Assembly: GCF_006345805.1 (NCBI RefSeq)
Contig: NC_043005.1
Location: 80,352,001-80,416,000, forward strand
DNA: 64,000 bases
From: Octopus sinensis
Lineage: Eukaryota
Reading direction: 5' to 3'
The position numbers were made by a program, and so were the translations under genes. Positions within the stretch are counted from its first letter, which is position 1, and each line of letters starts with the position of its first letter. Shown here in pieces: positions 55,586 to 64,000 of this stretch. The notes beneath the pieces were generated by a model. The model did no database searches. It saw only the letters and a program-made list of their open reading frames with translations, and was not told where the DNA came from.

Positions 55586-55665
55586 TTTAAATATTTAACT
55601 TGGCGAGGTTTAATCAATGTAAGTTAATCTGTAAGTTTGGATTTATTCCCTAATATTTATTATTA

Positions 55666-55706
<41 letters not shown>

Positions 55707-55748
55707 AATATATGTGTGTGTGTGTACATATATTTATTTATATATATA

Positions 55749-55799
<51 letters not shown>

Positions 55800-55843
55800 T
55801 ATATTTATATATAATTCATGTGTGTATATATATATATATATAG

Positions 55844-55883
<40 letters not shown>

Positions 55884-55928
55884 ACATACACACACACGCA
55901 CACAACACACATATTTGTTTATTATTTA

Positions 55929-57184
55929 TCAGGTCCCAATAAGTTCTGTCTGAATTTTGAATGAAGAAAACTAGAGACAAAATGTTATATTAATTGAATT
56001 TATCAGCAATGTACTTTCCTGATTCTCATGACTTCCGTCCGTCTATTGACAAGCTTTTTAATCCCATCAATGTTAAACTCTCTTGGTTTCAAATCGAAGA
56101 ACACTGTAATGTCAGTTTCGACCGCATCCTGGCTTGCGAAAGTTATGTCCCCCAAATGATTCTGTAAAATACGAAACAAATGGTAGTCTGAAGGAGTAAG
56201 GCCGGAAGAATAAGATAAATGAGGAATTTTTTCCCAAACAAGCTCTTCGATCTTCTGTGATGCGATATTTGCAGTGTGGGGTCGCGCATTGTCCTGATGA
56301 AACATCATTCCTTTCTGATTCACTAAAGCGGGTTTTATTTTTCTTCAAAGCTTGGTTCAAACGCTCTAATAGCTGAAAGTAGACTTGAGCACTGATTGTT
56401 GCATTAGGTGGTAACAATACAAAGTGAATTACTCCTTTGCAATCCCATCAGATAGAGAGAACCTTTTCACCATGATGTTCCCTTCTCGGTTGCGGCTGAT
56501 TTTTTCTCCCTTTTATGACGTTTAACATTTCGATAGAAGATCCATTTTTCGTCCCCAGTCACAAGTCTATTCAAAAAGGGTGAAATGAGTTCGCGAGAAT
56601 GGAGACAAGAGCAGATGTCTACTCGGGATTTGCGGTTGCTTACAGACAATTCGCGATGCCCACATGTTCCAGGTTTAGGAAACTTTCCAAGTTGTTGAAG
56701 ATGACAATGAACAGTTATATGGTTTGAACTAAGCTTTATTGCCAATTCTTCAACTGATAGCGCATGATTTTCTTCAAGTAGTGCCTCAAGGGGCTTATCA
56801 TCAAACTCAACTGGACGTTTTGTCGCGATCTTCATCTTCAAGGCTGAAATCTCCACTTCTGAATTTTGCAAACTATCTTCTACATGTTTTTTCATTCAAG
56901 ATATTCTTTCCCATCAGCTGAGTGTATGTTTCGTGTCGCTTCGGCTGCAGAGTTTCCTTTTTTGTACTCATAAAGCATTATGTGCCTTAAATGCTCTTTG
57001 GACACTTCCCTGTTAGAAAAGGTTTTAATCAAAGAAATTTTAATTCTGTCATTCTGTAAAACAATATTTAATAAGTTTAAATGTACACAAATGCACAAAA
57101 ATAATTAGACATTCTAAAATACTATTAAATTTCATTCCATTTTAAAAAAAAGTAAAGTCGAAGAGAACTTATGGGATGACATCA
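55929..57184 (-). mobile_element. Near full-length decayed mariner (DD34D) transposon
   Basis: ~1.25 kb with imperfect TIRs (CCCAATAAGTTCT / AGAACTTATGGGA). Frameshifted transposase has VTGDEKW, HQDNARPH and PSDYHLF, with 34 residues between the last two Asp. Confidence 0.93.
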
Positions 57185-57450
57185 TAGATGCCTACATATA
57201 TATATATACCTGTATATATATGTGTGTGTGTGTTTGTGTGTGTGTATGTATGTATATACATATTATAAAACGAATGGTTTACACCTGATAGCCTACTGGT
57301 AAAGCACGGCCACTTTCACAGTGATTGTTAGGTATATGGCAAAAAGAAAGACGGAGCTGGAATGTACGAGAATGTATTTTTAATCACGTATATTCCGTCT
57401 TCCGTCTTTCATTTGGCATATATATATATATATATATATATTCGTTAAAC

Positions 57451-57768
57451 ACCCCATTCGGTCATGAATGACCATTCATCAAGGAAGTTCCCCTCTGTGT
57501 CTGACCACGGTTGTTTTTATGGAGGGCTAGTAGACACCCATGTATACCAGCCTCCCCTGTCCACACCACTGATGTTATCCAAGGGAAAGTTAAGGGCCGA
57601 TTCTGATTGGCACCACTGACGTCGTTACTCATTTCTACAGCTGAGTTAACTGGAGTAACGTGAAATAAAGTGTCTTGCTCAAGAACGCAACACAGCCTAG
57701 TCCAGCAATCGAACCCAGTACCTCGTGAATGTGAGCCCGATGCACTGACCACAGAAACATGTACCTTC
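57451..57768 (-). mobile_element. SINE group D
   Basis: Reverse complement of the 14214-14543 type. Confidence 0.85.
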
Positions 57769-58302
57769 ACATATACAATTACACACACACACATGTGTGT
57801 GCTTTATCTTCTCGGATTGATCAATACCTCCCCTCCCGTTTCGTAGCCCTGCAACATAACTCTTCTTGTTATTTCATCTTATCATTTCAGCTCACAAACA
57901 ACTGACTCGGGCAAAAGAGTCTGCTGTGTTGATATTGTCGTTCTCTTCCTGTTGCTATGGTTACTGTCGCCGCATTTCAATCTTCCTTGTCTTACTGTTA
58001 TCGCAGTTAGTCTTGTCTGTAAAAGGGATGGACTATTGTTCATGATTGATTATTGATTACATTATCGATCTGACCCACTTACCTAATCACATCCCTCAGT
58101 TAATCCATCGTCACATCCACCGATTCTGTTGCTGTTCATTTTGTCTGCTTTATTTATGTCGGGAAATGTTTTCTTTCCTACTGACCGCTTCTTGAATTAC
58201 CCTTTGTGCAAATATATGCCAAAGCTACATTGCACCGCTCATCGTAGCCTGACAGCCAACAAAGATACCGAATTACAACTTAAAATATAACATTCCATTT
58301 AT

Positions 58303-58613
58303 TACATTATTTACATTATTTATATTTGACATATTTGTCCTCATCCTTTTTGTTGTTAACACAACATTTCGGCTGAATTGCCCTCCAGCATTCATCGGGT
58401 GTCTCGGGGAAATTTCTCATTCCTAAGGTATTTTTGATGTTATTATCATCATCATCATTATTATTATTATTATTATTATCATTATTATTATTATTATTAT
58501 TATCATCATTATTATTATTATTATCACTATTATTCAGGATACTGCCTGGAATCGAACTCGGAATTTGGGGTTAGTAGCCCGCGCTCTTAACCACTACGCC
58601 ATATACCCGTGGG
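58303..58613 (-). mobile_element. tRNA-headed hammerhead element, copy 3 (hammerhead 58358-58403 mutated)
   Basis: Complete head TATGGCGTAGTGGTTAAGAGCG...GAGTTCGATTCC, (AAT)n, CCGATGA...GAAAT, tail. Confidence 0.85.
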
Positions 58614-58988
58614 CAAAAGATCCGTCAATTGTAAATAATGTACATAATTGATCATCTCTTGTATATGGAATTGTATTGCCTATATAGTCCGAGATCTTCG
58701 AGATACCTATGCTGTCCAAGTATAAAATACATCTAAAATATTACACATCTGCGTATCCCCTTCTCTATGACACGCATACCACGTCGTGTTTGTCCTCCAC
58801 CTCTCTCCATCTGTCTCTCTCTCTATGTATGTATATACACCTGTCTTCGTCATTTGTTGTTTTGTAAATTCTAACTATATATATACATATACATATGCAT
58901 ATACATACACACACACAGACATATATACACACGCACACACACACACTAACACACACACACATACACACACACACACATACATACACAC

Positions 58989-59047
<59 letters not shown>

Positions 59048-59249
59048 ATAAAGAGAGGGAGAAAGAGCAGTTAAAGCCGAATTCCTACGTTTTGAATGGC
59101 CGCTCATTTTTAAAATAAAAAATAAAAGCAAACGGACTTTTCTCCTTGGTACGAAAATGATGTAAGGCTGACGGAATAAATGGAGTCTATTTAATTAGTT
59201 ACTGTATACAATACAAAACTAGTTACACGATTAATGTACAAACTAAATA

Positions 59250-59913
59250 ATGACATACATACATACATACATGCATGCATTGCATGCATACATACATACA
59301 TACATACATACATACATACATACATACATACATGCATGCATGCATGCATACATACATACATACATGCATACATGCATACATGCATACATACATACATACA
59401 TCATACATGCATGCATGCATGCATGCATACATACATAATGCATACATACATACATACATACATGCATGCATGCATGCATACATACATAATGCATACATAC
59501 ATACATAATGCATACATACATAATGCATACATACATACATACATACATACATACATACATACATACATACATACATACATACATACATACATACATACAT
59601 ACATACATACATACATACATACATACATACATACATACATACATACATACATACATACATACATACATACATACATACACATACATACATACATACATAC
59701 ATACATACATACATACATACATACATACTACATACATACATACATACATACATACATACATACATACATACATAACATACATACATACATACATACATAC
59801 ATACATACATACATACATACATACATACATACATACATACATACATACATACATACATACATACATACATACATACATACATACATACAAACAAACAAAC
59901 AAACAAACAAACA
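59250..59913. repeat. ~660-bp (ATAC)n/(ATGC)n tetranucleotide array ending in (AAAC)n
   Basis: Direct inspection. Confidence 0.97.
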
Positions 59914-59957
59914 AATTTGCAGAAGAATCTAACGTGGATTCTCCAGTTCGAATATAT

Positions 59958-60172
59958 TCTTTTCTACTCTAGGCACAAGACCCGAAATTTTGGGGGAGGG
60001 GGCTAGTTGATTACATCGACCCCAGAACGCAACTGGTACTTAATTTAATCGACCCCGAAAGGATGAAAGGCAAAGTTAACCTCGGCGGAATTTGAACTCA
60101 GAACATAAAGACAGACGAAGTACCACTAAGCATTTCGCCGGCGTCCTAACGTTTCTGCCAGCTCGCCGCTTT
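59958..60172 (-). mobile_element. SINE B2 inserted in a PLE-like relic (59915-60420)
   Basis: B consensus; AATATATT on both sides (59951-59958, 60182-60189) may be a TSD. Confidence 0.85.
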
Positions 60173-60879
60173 GCCAATTGCAATATATTAGTGGCACAAT
60201 GAAGATTAGTAAAATATCCCCAAAATTTTACATCTGTGTGTCTTATGTGAATAGATGCATTCAAATTGGTGTCAGCATAGACACTTCAGCCCACAAACCA
60301 TCTCAACCGTATATTTATAAACACGGGGAACTGTCTTAACTCCAAATGTCTTGTTTTGTTGGCAACCGCTCTGCACTCTATCAAGAACTTTAATTAAACA
60401 CTTAAATAAAACATGCATACTAGGTGTATGCTGAAAGGTTCTTGGCTTTAAGGGTATCACGAAAGACCTGATTGGAGGCCCAGTCTTCCAAGTTATCTAA
60501 GAGCGCCTAGAAAAACTGAAGGGCATCTGCAATAATTATATGAATCTGAGAGAAGAATATGTTGAATCAAATCATAAATATGTGATTCCCTATTTTATTT
60601 TACCCAAGGCCAGGGACTTTACAGTAAACCTACATACATGACTGTTTATAAAGAAAGGACTTCGTCATGAGCAACGGTTTCTGATTTTGTCATGAGGAAC
60701 GGTTTCTGCTAAATGAGTGGCGAATGTGGGCGAGTTGATAATGACGTGGTCTACTGTTCGCTCGTATTCCAACACAAGATTTTGGACAGCATGGTAACTT
60801 AGATAACTTAGATAGGTTTCGACCAGTATAGGCCCAGGCAATGTCTAAATTAATAGCTCCACCTGGTGAAGTATTTTAG

Positions 60880-61270
60880 ATCGTGATTCACACCTCAGTC
60901 ACATGTTAGACACCTTGGCCCAATCTAGGAAAGATTTATTATTGTTTGCAGACATTTCCGGGTGTAGGGGGTTGGTTCGGGATGTTTCTGAGAAATCTTT
61001 CGAGACACGTTTTGAATTTTATGGGATCTGTTTCCGTTTTGATGTAATTTGGTATAATATTAAAGAGAGCTGAACCGGTTAAGGTGAAGTGGTTGTGTCT
61101 TAATGTTGTTATGAGTCTTGGGTTCGATTTTTGTAGTGGGCGGATAGCACGGGGGCCAAGTTTTGGGTGGGTATTAAATTAATGCCAACCTCATTTTTGC
61201 AATATTGATGGAATTTGTTTCCTCAGTTACCCGAATTGTAATCAACACAGTTTTGGAATGTATAATAGAA
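60880..61270 (-). mobile_element. CR1-group LINE 3'-end fragment
   Basis: HPKLGPRAIRP...GSALFNIIP...KFKTCLERFLRNIPNQPPTPG. Confidence 0.8.
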
Positions 61271-61669
61271 TAGAGAATATATTGACAAGCAACACTCGCG
61301 TATTTCAGTTTTGTAACTTATTGCAATATAAAAATTAAACTAAGAAGTTTAAAATTGTTATTTAAACACACCATTCATTTAAGATTAAATTGCTTTAAAT
61401 TACCTAAATGCATAAACTATTAATATATATATATATACATGCATATGTATTCACAAATACACATACATATTCATGAATATTAATGGATATATGTGTGTGT
61501 TTATCTATGTGTATATACCTATCTCTTTATCACCTTCTCTAGCCGTATACTCGCACGTGTGCGCGCAATCACATGCGCACACACAAACACAGGCACGTGT
61601 ATACGTACATACATACATACATACATATATATATATAAATATATACATATATACATATATACAAATATA

Positions 61670-61704
<35 letters not shown>

Positions 61705-61774
61705 GCACACATACACACATATGTTATATATTATATATGGATTTTACATATACATATATACATATATACATATA

Positions 61775-61824
<50 letters not shown>

Positions 61825-61869
61825 TATAGCTAGATAGATAGATACATAGATACATAGATACATAGATAC

Positions 61870-61900
<31 letters not shown>

Positions 61901-61924
61901 TTATATAGATATTATGTATATATT

Positions 61925-61985
<61 letters not shown>

Positions 61986-62049
61986 CATATACTATATATT
62001 ACACACACGCACACGTATACACAGATACTCGTATTCATACACACGCACT

Positions 62050-62077
<28 letters not shown>

Positions 62078-62088
<11 letters not shown>

Positions 62089-62385
62089 ACATATGTATAT
62101 TATAATTATTATCTCACTAATACATGACATATGAAGCATGTATTGAAAACCACATTGAAATATATAAACTTTATATATATATATATTTTACTACTTTCTC
62201 GCTTATCAACTTTATATATACCACAAACACACACATATGTATATTATAATTATTATCTCACTAAATACATGACATATGAAGCATGTATTGAAAACCACAT
62301 TGAAATATATAAACTTTATATATATATATATTTTACTACTTTCTCGCTTATCAACTTTATATATACCACAAACACACACACACAT
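62078..62385 (+). repeat. Near-identical 144-bp tandem duplication
   Basis: ATATGTATATTATAATT begins at 62091 and 62235. Confidence 0.92.
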
Positions 62386-63216
62386 ATAGTTTATATAAGT
62401 ATTATCTATATTCTATATACTTTCGTTTCGTAAATGCTACAACTGCATTACTGCAGTGCAATTATACCACTTAGCTAAATTACTGCACTGGGTTGCTGTG
62501 CGAAAATTACACCACTTAGACAAATAGCATCTTCTTTGTTTCGTATATATTTTCTTTCTATTTTCTTATTACTTATCTCCATATTTAAATGTCTTTACTT
62601 TCTTTCCATTTTCTTCTTTATTATCTCCTCAGCCTTCCTCTTCTTTCTTCCTCATACATACCTATTCATACATTAGTGTCATGTCGTATTTCTCTATTAA
62701 TTTCCCCCCTAGATTGTTGAGAGAACGCTCTCAATGGATCGCATTAGGCTTCGGGTGTTTCTTTTCTTCTCCTTAGTCAACAACATTTCACTGAAAATAT
62801 AAAATAAATAATGGATTAATTCGCTGTTTGTTATTATATATATTTTCCCTCTATATTCTATATGTTAAAGCAAAAGAGCCGAATAAATGGAATAGTGGCG
62901 AAAATACCATAATTTTTGTTTGCGTTTTAAATATGTTTCCCCATTTAAGGTTTTTTTATAATTCAGAGCAAAATAGAGACACGGTATATTTTGGTTTCAA
63001 TTCTGCTTTTTTATATACATATGTTTCAGTTGGTATTTCTATAAGCTTATACGTACTATTCACTATGAACAAGATTGTGATTAGTACAAAGGCACTGAAA
63101 AAAGAAAATTAAATTTATTAACCAATTTGGTATAGACAACAAATGTAATTCCTCTCGCCCATGCTTCTAATGCTCGTTGATGTTACCTTTCTATGAGAAA
63201 AATACATAATCTAGAG

Positions 63217-63450
63217 CTATGGTTCTCAGCTGGGGTCTGTTTGACACTGTGGGGTCCAAATGAACTGTGAGGTTTCACACGACCTTTGGGAGCCAATATT
63301 AAATTTCGTTGTTAATAATGAATAATAAATTGGTTTTACGTCTACAATGCAGAAAGTTTTTTAACAATTATTTTATATATAATTCCTAATATTTAATTAT
63401 AAAAATATAAGATGATTTCTTTTAAACATGGGGGTCCATCTCGTATGAAA
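63217..63450. mobile_element. Possible hAT (Charlie-like) non-autonomous remnant
   Basis: Starts TGGTTCTCAGCTGGGGTC, with GGGGTCCA near both ends, resembling CAGTGGTTCTCAAC-type termini; the right TIR is not clear. Confidence 0.4.
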
Positions 63451-63756
63451 GCCGGCGGGGCTCACTCTGAGTGTTCTAATGTTTTCACAGTGAACGTACC
63501 GGCCGCCTCGATACTAGGCGAAGAGCACCCTCGGAGAAATCAATGGGATCCATAGGCACAAAAAAACCCCGAAAATGACTATTGACGATTAAGAACGCGT
63601 CACAAGAGAATATATAGATCTTGATGACAATGAAATGTAGGAAAGGAATGAGTGTTTCGTTGACAGCTATAGAAGCTTTCAGTAGGTGTCCTTCAATATG
63701 TTTCTTGCAGCAGCACGTGAACCCTTTGTGTATATCTTTACGCTTGTGTTCAATCT

Positions 63757-64000
63757 GTGGAGGCACATGGCCTAGTGGTTAGAGCAGCAGACAGGCGGTC
63801 GAAGGATCGTGGGTTCGAATCTCAGACCGGGTGATGTTTGTGTTTATGAGCGAAACACCTAAGCGCCACGCGGCTCCGTCAGAAGGTAATGGCGAACTTC
63901 TGCTGACTCTTTCGCCTCAACCTTCTCTCACTCTTTCCTCCTGCATCTTGCAGCTCACCTGCGACGGACCGGCGTCCCGTCCAGGTGGGAAACCCATCCG
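63757..64000 (+). mobile_element. SINE subgroup A2, cut by window end
   Basis: Matches 45839-46080. Confidence 0.9.

Noticed and set aside
63485-63766. 93-aa minus-strand ORF
   Set aside because: It starts inside a SINE head and has no recognisable domain; probably a TE fragment or chance.

Overview
AT-rich eukaryotic DNA made almost entirely of microsatellites, tRNA-derived SINEs and decayed transposon relics. The SINE sequences match those I recall from Octopus genomes, so a cephalopod source is inferred, not shown. I found no intact host protein-coding gene, rRNA, true tRNA or CRISPR array. Nearly all entries in the ORF track are microsatellite artefacts or TE fragments. Recognisable elements: four abundant SINE groups (here A, B, C, D), a decayed R4/Dong-like non-LTR retrotransposon (~1600-4810, -), CR1-group, RTE and Penelope-like fragments, a near-full-length decayed DD34D mariner (55929-57184), smaller Tc1/mariner and hAT derivatives, and a 100-N gap (30215-30314). 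The most notable signal is about ten minimal type I hammerhead-ribozyme motifs from several unrelated repeat families. One family (3 copies: ~701, ~37164, ~58303) joins a tRNA-derived Pol III head, an (AAT)n spacer and a Penelope-type hammerhead tail, and looks like a mobile ribozyme-carrying SINE. Ribozyme activity and novelty are untested.
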